DNA of 64,000 nucleotides from Phoronis australis. Taxonomy: Eukaryota > Animalia > Phoronida. The notes beneath the pieces are model-generated. The model was not told the DNA's origin. It did not search any database and was given only the letters and a program-made list of their open reading frames with translations. Positions 43,501 through 58,500 of this stretch are shown in pieces. The DNA lies in assembly GCA_002633005.1 (NCBI GenBank), contig NMRA01000238.1, positions 62,001 to 126,000 on the forward strand. Direction: 5' to 3'. The first letter of the stretch is position 1; every line of letters begins with the position of its first letter. The translations under genes and the position numbers were made by a program.

Positions 43501-46500
43501 TTAAAACGAACAATCGACCTACGTTCGACATATAACCAAGCAGCAGTTTGCACTTTATTGCACTGGCACGTGAATCTTCCACCATCGTTGACGTTCAACT
43601 TGTTTATCTTCAACCTCTGTATTGTCTTGGCCGACTCAAAGTGGTACTTGTCCCCATGGAAAATCTCCAGTTTATTCTTGAACCAGCGCACAGCTGGTGG
43701 TACCTAGTGGAGGAAAGTAACACTAGAAAAGGCTACACACCGTGGATTTACAGTCATAATGAAAGCAACCTTTGTGCCTTTCTTCTCAACATAATGGCTG
43801 AACATATACTGGTCAGAGCTAATTACAATGACGTCTGTCCAGGAGCCATGTTGAACTCCATCAAACAGTCCTAAGTCCGTAATACCTTTGTCTTACAGAA
43901 TTCTGCCTCAAACTCAGCACTACCATCTTCTTCTTTAGCTCTCACGTCCTCCAAATCTCTAACAAACTTCTCTGGTTCCTGAAACAAACAGTGAGAATGA
44001 ACAGCAAGGTTCATTTAGAGACATTCAGAAGGCCATGAAATTCAGATGAATTTAAATCAAGGAAAACATTATAATAACATAACTGCCCTTTGTGCTACGT
44101 GAAAATATTATTCAAATCCTTGCACACTGTATGATACTCACCTGCAATACAACTTAAAGCAGCAAAGTTTCAGGAGATCAGACTCACTACCTAGCTCTAT
44201 TGTGTGGTGAATTGGAAACATTGTGGGGGGCACCTTACATAGGGTTTGTAGTTAGGTCACAAGTCACACGTGGTTTTCTAGACACTGAGGGATTTTCTGA
44301 GTTAATTGGAATGAAATATTGTATAAAAACCATAGCATAATAGAGAAATGAGTTTTAAAATTTACTGGCCTGCATTTTCATGCTGCTGGGAAATTTGGAC
44401 ATTATCTAATTTTTACAACTAAGCAAATTCTAGCACACGCAATGTTATCTCCCCTGGTTTAAAAATAACCAGAGTCCCTTTTGTGTGCCAGGATAAGAGA
44501 CGAAAAGAATTTTGGTAGAAAATTTTAAGGATTCTACGAATATATTGTCAGTCAATCAAATGAAGATTTTTCGTAAGTAGATGATGAGTTGTGAAGCTTA
44601 CCTCCTTCTTCTTCTCTCTGTGCTGAAGTGTCGGCCAGTCTGGGATGATATCTGCCAAGGAAGCCTTCCTCGATCCATGATCTTTGGAGTCTCGACGACC
44701 TTTGTCTTGGCTCATCTTTCGCTTGCCTTCCTATAAGTGACACAATGGTAGAGTTTTGTCACATCAAAGAAAAACACTTTTAACCCATCTTGAATTTTTC
44801 AATCAGACCAGCGTTTGAAGTCATTAAATTTTTTGTAGCAATTGTAAACCATCCTGAGGTCTAGTCGCGCTTCATCAAATAACGGTAAAAGTATGTTTTT
44901 CTGAATTTTCAATGACTAAATTCATGCCTTAACACATCAGCATGAAAGTGTTTATGCCTCAACACATTGCACAATCATTGCACTGATTTTGTTTGTCAAA
45001 ACTGTCATTTTTATTTTGAACATGAGTTTTCAAAAAACTTAAGTGTGGGAAACTACGCGTTTAAAATATATATTCTTACAACACATTGGGAACCACGTCT
45101 CAAATTTCAGATATGAACTCAAACAGAGATATCCGCCAGCAAACTTCATTTTATAACCATCCCAGTGCCTCATTTATTGCATAGTATTATATTCCCATAG
45201 CTCAAAGAAACTAAAGAGCCCGGAAAAACTGGCCTCATTTGGACTTCATTTTCCCTATAGTTGAACAGCTGTAAACATATCTCGTTGTAACCAACATACA
45301 CCCTACTGAAATAAATCATGCACTGTCCTCAGTATTAGAAACAAGAGGCCTTTTCCATAACTTTCACAATATCTTTACACAAGATGCTATTGCTGCTTTT
45401 ACACGAGAGACAGTTGTCACCTTGTCAGTTGTCACGGCGCAACTTGCTACACTTTAGTTGCATATACACGACATTAGATCACAAACTGGATCAGCGTGAG
45501 TCATTCACACAAAGACTGTCTGCGCACGCTCGAATGAACAATAGCGAACGACCAAACCACATGGAATGCCAGCGGATCACACATATATACGCTATTGTGC
45601 AAGATTAGTGCATTGAAAGATGATCCCTTTCTGCCCTGCTCCAGTTGTGTTTACACGTGTAGGAAACTGGAGCAACTGATCCGAGTGAAATTTGCTCTAC
45701 CTCTCAAACTGGTGTCAAAAATGGCCACTGCGGTGTCAACCTGCTATGCGTCAGCCATGTTTACACACACACACTTGCTCCTGATCAAGTGTCCCGTGTT
45801 ATATTCCCTGAAAGCTGTCTCTGGTGTAAATGCAGCTTATTTTATTCAGTTCAGTGAACCCCTGACAACAGGTGATGGCAGGGGTATGGAGTTAAGAAAA
45901 ATAAAACGAGTCCTAATTCTAACGTGAAATAAGTGTAGTTCAAGGCAGACGCAAAGGAAATGCAAAAACAAACAAGTGTAAATGAACACAGCGAATTTTT
46001 AATGGAAAGCAAAATGAAATTGGTTAATATGCAGTTGATAAAATCAGTTTCACACCTGTTCATGAAAACTGAGAAGATCAGAATCACTGTCGGATGTTAG
46101 TTCGTAAGATTTACTCTCAAGAAAAATTAATAGTTTAAAATGTGAAACACACCACAGCACTGAACACTGAAATTCAAAGGTGAAAAACCAGAAAAATTAA
46201 AACAAAATTGACCATGCCATGCAGAATAAGAAACACAAACCTAACACACAACTCTTCAATTCATCTCACTGTTAATTTTGAATAAAAATAATCTAGGGCA
46301 AAAAGGTTAAGATAAACACAGTTTTTAAGGTTACACGTTACCATAATAGTTCATTCCACTCAGCACAATAGTTGGAAGACGTCTTTCATAAAATAATAAA
46401 TTCTTAACCAAGCAGTTTTCATAACACCAAAATTAAATTTTTTAATTCAACAACTTAATGTAACAGTTAGACATCTCAGATGTTAGTTTCATTTTTAAAC

Positions 46501-49500
46501 TTATAAGAATTATTTATTATGAAAAATATAAACTAAAAAATAAACTGCGATCATCGTTATCATAATTCATTCAACATAAGTATCCAGTCACTGATTAAGC
46601 AATAACTGAATATTAGTACGTTAAACATGAATAACTTTTAGTGAACAATGAAATAGAACTGATTCAACCCTTTAAATGATTAAATATGACTTTCAAGGGG
46701 ACACATTTGCAGCAGAATATTATCAACAAGCGCCAGTCTCTCATATATTTCATTTCATTGCACGTCAGTCTTACCGGCCCTTCTGAGTCGGAATCTCCAT
46801 CGACTTTCCGAAGATTCAGCAAAGTTTGTTCGATAATTGAAGTGCGCCTACTGCCAGATGGGGTGTTTTTCGGGGTATCTAGAGGGTCATAACGTGAGAA
46901 GGGTCATAATGTATGAACAGTCAGCAGTGTGACAAAGAACCCAAAGAGTACCAGGGTGCAGGCACGCTAGTTGTGAGCAAGTGACCTGATTTGGCAGATG
47001 AATGATTAAGACTTAGATGAAATCGCCAATTTAAATAGAGAACAAAAGAAATAATCTACCCACAAATAAAGTGGAATTACTTTATATTTCAGTGCAAATT
47101 GTATAAAAACACATTCAATTTACTCCATCTTTGTCTTAGCTCAACACACACATCATCTCAATTGATGAAATTTTCAAGCTGCCAAGTCAGTGATCACAAC
47201 AGCTGCTTCTTGTGAAATCATAACGGTGTAAACTGGAGTTCCCATGGTAACAAGAACACATCAGTGCATTTCCTTTCAGTAGAATGGAAATTCCATTTTG
47301 TATTTACAAGTTCTCATTTTTAATTTGTCACAATGACCAGTATACTTCTTTACTACCACACTTTAACCAAAACTTAAGTTTGGTCTAATGGTCTGAAGCT
47401 AGCATACAACAGCTGGCCAAGCAGTGAGTTTAACAATTGTTACCATGGCAATTTTGACTGAGGAATAATGCAGCAACTACACTCCACAACCACAAACCAC
47501 ACCAGGGGGTACAGAGGTGACTTCAAGAGTCTGCCAGGTGCAGAGAGGCAATCTGACAAGCCTTTTTAGTCAATCAATCGCACACTGTAGTTAAAAGTTT
47601 TTGGAAATTGAAAGTGAGCATTGCGACTAAAAAGACTGATCAGAGTGAGCTCACTGCAGCAGATGTCACCAAACGTTACCTCCTCCTTTTTCTTCTCATC
47701 TTTCTCCACTAGAAGCAGATGACAAGGTTACACAACTGATACAAAAGGATTTATGTATACATGGCTGTCAATAAGTCACCACTTTAATATGGACTTGGAA
47801 GCTTAAATTACTTAACAATAATAACTAACAGTCAGCAACCCTAATCAATTATGGCCATTCATGACAATTTAACCTTGAGTAACAATGGCCAAGTTTGGAT
47901 GGATGTTAAATCAAGCCAGGACAACCAAGGTTGGAGAGTTCAGTGATACAATGTTAGCAACACCAGTGTCCACATCCCAAACTATAAGTAAATCTGTGCA
48001 AACTACCAGACTACTTCGGTTGAAAATGTGTAAATTCGTTGTTTCAAGGTGACAGAATTTTAAAAGAAAGTAAAACAACCGCAGAATGTCGAAATGCGCC
48101 CATGACACAAATGATGTGTTCCAGGGGTGTTTACTCATAAAAGAATGGCCATTAGATGGTAAAGAATATATCAAACCAGTCCAAAATAGCAAGGCATTGT
48201 CATCTCTCTAATACAAAACTATTGCACAAATTTCATGAATTATCATCACAAGTGGGCACAGATGTACTTGGATTGGTCTAAAACTCATCGTCATCCGTTG
48301 CCATCTCCATTGGAACACATCTGCCAAATTGCACATTCAAAGATCTTTCCAAGGGTTAAGGAGGTACATCCGTGGACAAAAAATTGCCGAAAATCCTCAT
48401 CAGCCGCCGTCTTTTTATCGAAGCACACCTGCCAATTTTTGTCACGATTCCTAGCATGGTTTGGTGGACAAAAAAAACATACTAAGCATAATTAAATTGG
48501 CCACTTGGTGGTGCAATATACAAACATTCTTGTAGACAATGAGAACGCGGCATCATCTTCTAAACGGAAGCCCATTTGCCAAATTTTGTGAACTCCAACA
48601 TAAGAATAAAATTGCCACTAGGGGACAGAGTGGTAGTTAGACTGGTTCAAAATTTATTGCCATCGTTTGTCAGCTTCAAAGGAACACCTCTGTCAATTAA
48701 CAGCCTGCTAGATATATAGGAGTTACAGCAGCAGACTCCAGATGCTGGATGTCCAGACAGAGATGACGGCAATGTGCACCCACATATATGTATATTTCGG
48801 GCGAATAATAAAAAGGATACAAATAAATATTCAATGATAAATTAAACCAACCTTCCAAGTAGATGGAAATATTTTTACTGAAACAGCAAGCATAGCCTAA
48901 AGCCACATTCAATAGAATGAAAATGACAAAATGAGGACATGACAGCAGACAACTCGTTGCTGTCCCATCAGAATGTTTAGTAGCAGTTACATTATTATGT
49001 GAACAGACGAGGCACTACTTTCACTGGAGTAGGAATACCTGGCTTGAGATTACCCCAGTCCACATCCTCCTCCTCAGCTTTCGTTTTGTCATGCTCTCTG
49101 TAAACAGATAAACGTTAGATAACAACACTTACAACAACAGAATCACACTGTCTCCACAAGAGCACCACAGAGATGCGCATATAGGGGGTGCCATAAATGG
49201 TAAATATAAGTAGTTGAATATATCCAAGCAATGCTAATGAACTCAAAAAAGAGTGTACAAGGTCCTAGTCTTCACAAAATTGGCAAATGCCATGATGATA
49301 GATATTCATTGAAATTTCTTCAAAGAAAAAATACCACTAAGGGGCACTGCAGAACCCGGATCATTCCAATAATCAACTGTTGTGCTTACCTAAATAGAAA
49401 ACTCATTTGCAATGATGATTCTTCCAAGACAATTGTCAGAGAACGACAGGAATCAAAAGCGAATTGTAAACTAATAAAATTGCCATTAGGGTGCTCAGCA

Positions 49501-52500
49501 CAAGTCGGAACTATACAACAGCAGGAAAGTGCCGTTCATCAAACATGGTTGATAGTAAGCCAACGAACAAACTAAAACTCCTAATAGAGGGGATAGCAGC
49601 AATAGAAATTGTCCAAAATCAATGTCAGAATGCTTAACAGTTTTCTAAACCATTTTGACAGATAGAAAAATAGATACCAAAAACAGAACCAAAACAGTAA
49701 AATTGCCACCAGTAAAGGCACAATATGCCTAAGCCATGCAATAATTGAGTGTTATCTACTTATCAACCATCAGGACATCAAATGAGCAAGAGAAGCACAC
49801 AATGCATACAGTGGCACGGTCTTTAAAAACTTTTGTCAATATGGAAGTAAAAGAATTGTCTGAAATGTACAAAGATAGAATTTAACAGTAAATGAAAAAT
49901 ACAGTTAAAGAATCACACTTACTTGTGCTTTAGAAGATTTCTGAAGTCCAAAGTAGCATCTTTGGGGTCTAGAATACAGACAACTCAACATTAAAGACAA
50001 GTTTATAAATAAGAAAATTCGAAAATCAGAACTCTACAAATACATATTACTTTCAAATACAACCATTTTAAATACAACGAAACTTTCTAACTCAATACAA
50101 TAAACACAAAACTTTCCCATTCCATTGTTTAGCTAACAATTTCAGGAATGTAAAACTGAAATGTGTCACAAACCTTTAACAAATACGGAGAACTTGACTT
50201 GATCTGTGATGGAACCACTCTTGCCCTCCAAAGCCACGCCATATTTGCCTTCGTCAGGATAACGCGCCTTAGCGATTGTCACTTTGGCCTTCTTCATGCT
50301 CTCATTGATGTCAATGGTGGTTCGTGTATCACTCCTCAACTCTCGTTTCCCCTTGAATACTCGCACCTTGGGCATGTAGTCGCCAGATACACCAAACCCG
50401 AACTCAATGTTGTCACCTGGTACAAGCAGTAGTAAATTTGAAATTGTGACAATTGCAGTTTCGTCTGATATAGCAGAATCAATGAAGCTATGTCACTAGA
50501 ATGCGTTACAATTTTGCTGACCAAATAATGAAAGCTACGTCACTAGATGCCGTAATTGGATTTATTGGACAAACACTGAAAGATGCCGTTACAGTTTTGT
50601 TGACCAAATACTGAATGCTGTGTCACTAGATGGCGTTACAGTTTTATTGGCCAAATATTGAAAGCCACGTCACTAGATGGCATTACACTTTTATTGCCCA
50701 ATTATTGAAAGCTGTGTTACTAGATGGCGTTACAGTTTTGTTGACCAAATATTGAATGCTGTGTCACTAGATGGTGTTACAGTTTTATTGGCCAAATATT
50801 GAAAGCCACGTCACTAGATGGCATTACAGTTTTATTGCCCAAATATTGAAAGCTGTGTCACCAAATGGCATTGCAGTTTTGTAGGCCAAATATTGAATGC
50901 TGTAAGTCTGAAAATTTCCAGACATTCAGCAGGCTAACAGACAATGTGTATACAAATTTAAAGCACTTATACAAATGTTTTTTAAATTTTTGCAGTCATC
51001 ATGCCATCAAATTACCACTGCTGTGCACTGGGAAATTAGTTCAAATAACCTGTACAAACAAGTCATGGTAAAACTTATATGAAAGAATGTTACAATTTCA
51101 CCCTTCGCCTGCTGAGGACTCCACTGGCATGTTCTCACTAAACAGAAGACTTATTGGACAGATATAAGCTGTTACCATATCACCAAGGATTAGACTCGTT
51201 AGTTACTTAAGAAACAGGGTCTACCAAGTAACAAAAAATAGTTAAATAGTAAAAATGACAGCCATGGCAATTCATTTTCTGTTTCCATTTTTAATGAAAC
51301 AAGCCAAAAACTATAATAGTCAGCCCAGACAATCATATGATTGGTTAATTATGGCTGCACTTGATTGGATNGGCCAAATATTGAATGCTATAAGTCTGAA
51401 AATTTCCAGACATTCAGCAGGCTAGCAGGCAATGTGGATACAAATTTAAAGCACTTATACAAATGTTTTTTAAATTTTTGCAGTCATCATGCCATCAAAT
51501 TACCACTGCTGTGCACTGGGAAATTAGTTCAAATAACTTGTACAAACAAGTCATGGTAAAACTTATATGAAAGAATGTTACAATTTCACCCTTCGCCTGC
51601 TGAGGACTCCACTGGCATGTTCTCACTAAACAGAAGACTTATTGGACAGATATAAGCTGTTACCATATCACCAAGGATTAGACTCGTTAGTTACTTAAGA
51701 AACAGGGTCTACCAAGTAACAAAAAATAGTTAAATAGTAAAAATGACAGCCATGGCAATTCATTTTCTGTTTCCATTTTTAATGAAACAAGCCAAAAACT
51801 ATAATAGTCAGCCCAGACAATCATATGATTGGTTAATTATGGCTGCACTTGATTGGATAATTGTGACCACCAGGTAACCAACATAAACAATTAGGAAGTT
51901 TTCAGACCTGGTCTTCAACAAGTAGATTACAGAATTAAAGAAGCCCTCGTCACAAACTGACAAAGTTTCTGCTGTCCACTTTTACTATGAACATAAAGTT
52001 ACGCGTTGGTGCAAGGATAATACCTTCGGATACGACTAGGTTGTCGGGTTTTCCTGTCATTTTCGGACCTCCCACTTCAGGCTCAGGCTCTGGCTTGGGT
52101 TGTTTGGGCTTCCTCTTGGGACCTTCAGTTTCATAAATAGACTCATCCACTACTGGTTTAGCTGAAAGCAGCGAAATATGAGCTATTAACGAGTGGAGAT
52201 CATGACGTGAGACCAAAAAGCCATGTTTAAGCTGTAACTTTTGAAAAACTACTCTGCAACAAGACAACTAATGGCTTGTGGAGAAGCAGACAGTGATATT
52301 ACTATACTAAGCTGTAGAGAAAGAGTCAACAACTGCCATGCAGCCAATTCAAAAGCAGTGCATGTATATGTACGAGTCATTCAACAGAAAAAGCAAGTGA
52401 TCATATTTACCAATGTAGAGAAATTTAGTTTTGACACAAATTGACTAACAAATGCTTTACATATATTTGAGCTGACAAATGATAAAAGTAGGTGGAAAGA

Positions 52501-55500
52501 CTAAACATTTTGTAGCACTAGTTAGCAGCTGAAAATACAATTTTCAATCTAAAATGTAGTCTGTTACTTAAGACAGCAAACTACCACGCCAAACTTAAAA
52601 AACAAATAGGTAACTACAGAGTTTCTTATAAGTTGAGTAATAAATAAAAACAAGAGCAAAGCGGAGCATTGAAATGCGCCCACGAATGCACTGCAAATGG
52701 CATTCTTTTAGGGGTGTTTATTTGTATCATAAAAATGGCCACTAGATGGCACAAAATACGTCGAATCCATCCAAAAACCCGTATATGTCATCAAACCTAT
52801 TTACCAAATTTCACAAAAATCTGCCAAGGAACTTATGAGAAATCGAGGAAAACGGAAAACAGAAATTGCCACTTGGAGGCTATGATTGCAAAACAAAACA
52901 AACTGCCACAAGAAGGCACCACAGTAGATGAAGTGATCTGAAAATCATCAACTGTCGTCTTCACACTAAGAACATACATGCCAATTTTCAGACAGGCAGA
53001 TGCCAAAAACAGACAAGAAAACAGTAAAAATGGCCACTAGATGGCAGAAAATATGATGAAGCATCCGAAAACAAGACCATGTCATCATTTCAAAAGGAAA
53101 CTATTTATCAAATTTCATAAAAATCCGTCAAGCAGCTTCAGAAAAACAGAGGAAAACAGAAAAAAATGAAATTGCCACTAGGGAGCATAGTGTTTGTCAG
53201 ATCCGTCTGAAAGAGGTTGTTCGTTGTCAATTTCAAATAAACACACTTGCTAAATGTAAAAAAGATCCTGCAGAGGGTTTAGGAGATACAGCCATGCTCG
53301 CAAAAACAAACCAAAAGTTCCACTAAAAGGTGCCACAGTATTCCAAGTCATTGCAAAATCATCGTCAGCCGCCCTCTTCACAGTAAGAACATATATGCCA
53401 ATTTTCACAATTATCTTTAGAGCGCTTTGGTTGAAAGAAGGGATGGACACCAAAAAACAGATTCGAAAACAGTAAAAATGCCCACTAGGTGGCGCAAAGC
53501 ATATCGAATCCATCCGAAAACGGGAAGATAACGTCATCTCACTAATAGATGCCCAACTGTCAAATTTTATGAAAATCTGTTGAGGACCTCTGAAGGTACA
53601 GTCTTATCAAGGTCCTGTGAGGGGTTTAGAAAACACGGTTGCGGACGCCGGATGCCCAGACAGAGATGACGGCAATATGTACCCACATTTAATATGTGGG
53701 AACATAATTAAATGAACAAAAACAATATAGATAAAAACCGAAATGTCTTTTCAAAATATAAAGAAAATTATTACTAAGCGACTGGCAGCAAAGATAACCA
53801 AGTATAGATACAAAGTATAGGTTACTGCATTTTCTAATTGACTAGAGAAAAATCACCTAAAAAATAATGCCTACTACTGAAACAAAAATGTAAAACTAAC
53901 AAGCTAAATGGTTATGCAGGAGCAAACCATGTGACCACATGGTTACCAGCTACAGAGGTCAGCTACAGAGGTCAGCTACAAAACATGGAGTTTACAAGCA
54001 GATGACTCCCAAGCTACATGGGTGACCTATGTTTTTATTAATCATGGCTGGAGAATACCTGAGTTTTCAGGGTTCACAGGAGAGGTGAATATCTCATCGG
54101 GGACATCTTCATCAGACTCGCCGTCATAGAAAGTGCGGGTAGAGGGAGGGTCTTAAGGGGCGGAAACAGAGAGAGAAAACAGACCAATGGCATTAGCAGA
54201 CAATAACAAGGAGACTACGATAAACATTTGGGTTAACGCCTATGCTAATGAAAGCACCAACCCCTAGTTTCGAAAAATTTTGGACTGACTACCCACAGCT
54301 TGGCTAAGTGCCCACCATCCACATTTTAGGATTTTCAATGAAGCACCCCGAGTGTTCAGATTAGCGCACAAATGCAAAATTGTAAGGCGCACTTTCAAAT
54401 GATGAAACCAGTTTAAGTTAGAGTCGCAGTGTAGTTACAGCCAAGAGAAATTGCATTCTGTAAGCGTCTTCCACAAAATTAGAGTCAGCCAGTCTCTCAT
54501 TACACACAAATATACGTAATTCTCAGATCTATACTTTTCACACAGTTTTAAGAGCTGAAGTGACAGTCATTTCGGGGTCATGTGACATTTTGTGGCTAAC
54601 ATACTTTTTCCATAGACAGGAACTGAGTGATAGAGGAGCAAATTTGAATCATCCGATAACGAGGCTTTTTATTCCATGTAAAACTAATTACTGAACACGT
54701 AATCAACACCAGACAGGATTTTTTGCTTGTGAAATTTGCACTGCATCATTCTCACTCATTAATACATCACGTGGTCAGGGCACGCAACACCTCGCAGAAG
54801 TTTTTCAATAGAAGTTTTTTCAATCGCTCGGATAGCAAAATTTGAACTGTGAACACAAAGAAGAGACTTTGAAGGTGGATTACTGGTAATCTAACTTTGC
54901 ATGCCATTTATATGGCAGGTCAGTCCTATAATTTTGGGGACTATTTTTTCAAAGTATATTTTCTCCTATTTCAAGTTAGATACTTATGGCTATTAGAATA
55001 CACTTAGTGCCAATTCTATTTCCCCACATTCAACTAGAATTGCAGCAAACTATAAGGGTCTGTGGATTGAAGGTCGTCGGAGACCAGGGTCATTGTCTGG
55101 TTCAGGGTAAGCACGCAGTTTTTTGAAATTTCTAATTTAAGTGCTCCTCTCTGGGTTAAGTGGCCACTACCACCATCACCTGCCCCACCAGCAATTCCAG
55201 GCTTGTCAATTGAATGCCCGGTGCGTTAACCCGCATGTTTATGGGAAAAAGTTAAAAAGTGTCTGTGAAAACCACTTGTCCAGCAGAAGCAATTAAAGCC
55301 ATGACATGCCAGTGGAAGTGAAGCTCTGTGCCCTTCAGAAATTTATACCAACAAAAATTGGTTACATAACTTTCATCATTTCACTTTTGGGAATGTGAAT
55401 TCTTGATAGTGATGAACAGTACTCAAAAAGAGCAACAAATGCCCCTTGTGTCAAAAACAAGATTTAGAGCACTGTCACATAATTGACCTCATCTTGATCC

Positions 55501-58500
55501 TTATTCACATTAGAAGCGATTTTTAGACCTGAGAACAGGTGGCACTTTGTTATTGCTTCAGACCAAGTTCGGGTTAGTTTAAATCACCAAGAAAGTGTGA
55601 CCGTTGGGGGGGAGGGGAACTCCAGCAGATTTATTGAAACCGTTTACAATTCAAACAAAGGAAGAAAAACATGTAGCATTGAAGAAATTTAAGGTTTTAA
55701 CACAAGAACAGGAGTTTATAGAGGCTTCAAAGTGGCAATAAATCCTCACCTTCTCTCAAAAAAAAAATTTATTTAGATTACTTACTGCTAAAAAATTATT
55801 CAGCAAAGGCTTATTTCAAAATTAAATTTGATTCCCTGAACATGACTGAACCGCAAAAAAATCCTGGTTTTTTATTTATAACTCAGTAAAAAAGCTGTAA
55901 TCATTTTGCTTGATTGATTACAGACAATTAGCCCTCACTGATGACTTGGTTGCTAGTTTCTTTTAAAAAAACAAGGCAATAATCCTTCATCCGACAACAA
56001 AATCGCTAATTGTTCTTAATTTCTCAATGCAGTTGCAAAACGCACAGCTCATTGGTTGAAAAATAATAGAAATTCCAAGAAATACTAATAACTGGGTATG
56101 TAATAACAACTACTCAGGTCTTATGGTTCCCTGGTCAAAATCAGATGGAGCTGTCTCACTGTGCAATAAAACTTTTTGACTATTTTAATCAGAGTGACTT
56201 CTTTTTCTTAAAGTGACTCTACATGTAAATGATAAAAACGAAACCTCAAAAAGGTTTAATTTTCAAAATATCTGCAACCTATTGCGAGCTAACAATACAA
56301 ACTATATATAGGTGTAGTTTGGTGTAGGCATAAATTTCCAGACTGAAAGATGGCGATGGACAATGCAGATGGCTGCCTGAACATGTTGAAGAGAAAATCA
56401 AAAGCATCTCAAAGTAAAAATTTGGCCAGGGGAAACAAAGATATCTTTGAGACTGACCAAAGAAATGATCTCCAGGCTTGATAAGAACTAACATAACATT
56501 ATGGCAGCTTCAGGTCAGGCCTATTCAGTTTTCTTGTCATGTTACTGACTTTCAGTTGCCAAGGCAGTAGATCCGTAACAGGAATTCCTGGAGATAACAA
56601 GGGAAAAGACAATGAAGTCCCCCCCGAGAAGGAAGTTGAGAGTCCATGTTGTTAACATCAAAAACCATTTAGTCTAGTCATTCAAGGGCTCCAGAGGGCC
56701 CAACCTAGAAAAAATTGCAACAGAAGGTTTTTTTTGCATAAATGGCATCTTCAAACATCACTTGGTGTCAGAAAAAAAATCTACCGAAATCGGAGTGGCG
56801 GAAGTCGGTTTTTCAAGATGGCGGAAAAAATGGCCGACAAAACAGGTGTTTATTGTTTTCTGGCATATTACTCTTATGTAACAGCTAAAAATAAAACAAT
56901 AAAGTTTGTCATTGATTATATACTTTTCATAACAGGCATACCAATCAAAAGAAGGAAGTTGAGAGTCCATGTTGTTAACACCAAAAAACCATTTATTAGC
57001 AGCTTTAGTAAGGTTTGAGGCTGACCACATGAAGTTGACTGGCATACATGGGAGATGGTGTTCACAGACACATTAACACAAAAGCATTGAATTTTTTTCT
57101 GCAGCATGGCAGCAACCACAGAGAAAATTGTTGAAACATGGCCGGCTACAAAGGCGCTGATAAAGGACTGCACAATAAAAGAACATTAAGCTTCAACAAG
57201 TGCTGATGATATCACTGGTTCCTAAAAGCAAAATATTATGAACTTCTTTCCAGACACTCAATATATAAGACATAAGCTTGTCTAACTGTCTACTACATAG
57301 CTTGACTAGCAGAATAAAAACACAAAAAGCACCCTCCAAAATTAATTTTGACATGAGCTTACATTAAAATGATGCGCCTATTCACAAACACCATTGAAGA
57401 TTATTACACAATAAGAGTTCAAGACGACAAAACAATTATGAATGAAAAATAGTTTTGCACGTACCTTACTACTAATGGTAAATAGCAAGGACTTGTTAGC
57501 ACATTGGGTACATTCTAAAGATACTATCAAGAAAATATCGTAAATTCGTTATCATATCGGATCTATTTTTGAGAGCGCAGCGATACATGAACGTGTAATC
57601 TAGTTGTCTAGCATAGTGATGCATGTACATGCGATCTCAGTTGTTTCAACGTAGTGCTACATATACATGCGATCAAGCTATCCAAGCATAGCAATACATG
57701 CACAAAAATCTAGTTATCTGAGCATAGCAATACATGCACATGAGATCTAGTTATCTGAGCGTAGCAATAAATGCACATGAGATCTAGTTAACTGAGCGTA
57801 GTAATACATGCACGTTACATACACATGCGTCGTAATGCGTCCATTAGTGATCCTCCACTGTGCACGTCAACTAACACACCATTCAAATACACTGCGAAAA
57901 GGGGTAAGAAATAATATGTAGCCAACTAACAGTTTACCAAATCAACAAAATAAAACAGTAAACCTGGGCCTGTTCCATAATGCAAAACACATGTGAGATG
58001 CTTTCAACAAGGATTTCTCCTATTACTCATCTAACCCTGTTGACCAACCATTTCAACGGCAACCATTTTGGTACAGCTTACTGATGAAACACTCGCCTTT
58101 CCCTCATGTGATGATGTGCAATTTTGCTTAACTCACAAGAAATTAAATTTTGCTTTACGGATACAGCCCAGATAAGTGTTCAAAGATACACCAGGGTTCA
58201 TACACGTCGTAGCTTTTAAAAATAAAGCACTTTCAAGATCATTTCACCACCATGTACTACCGTACAATCATATGTCTTAAATCTTTTACTTGGGTAGCTT
58301 TAGTTGTTCAGATCTTGCAATACCAAAAACACATTTTAAATAATTTGATAATGACAAAAAATCAAGACTTTCTTTGACTTTTTAAACAAATTGCTATAAT
58401 TCATTTATTTTCCAGCTACTTGAAAACGTCAGTCTAAAATTTGTTGATATTCTAGACATCAAGTGTAACGAACATTGCAGAATACTTCTGCTTGGATATC

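Noticed and set aside
44779-46310. Possible piggyBac-like element (ttaaccc ... ggttaa) with CpG-rich interior
   Set aside because: Terminal match too short to support and no internal ORF
55050-55131. Minus-strand frame NFKKLRAYPEPDNDPGLRRPSIHRPL containing RRPS
   Set aside because: Wrong phase for the flanking exons, ends in a stop, has no donor, and lies inside a putative TIR element
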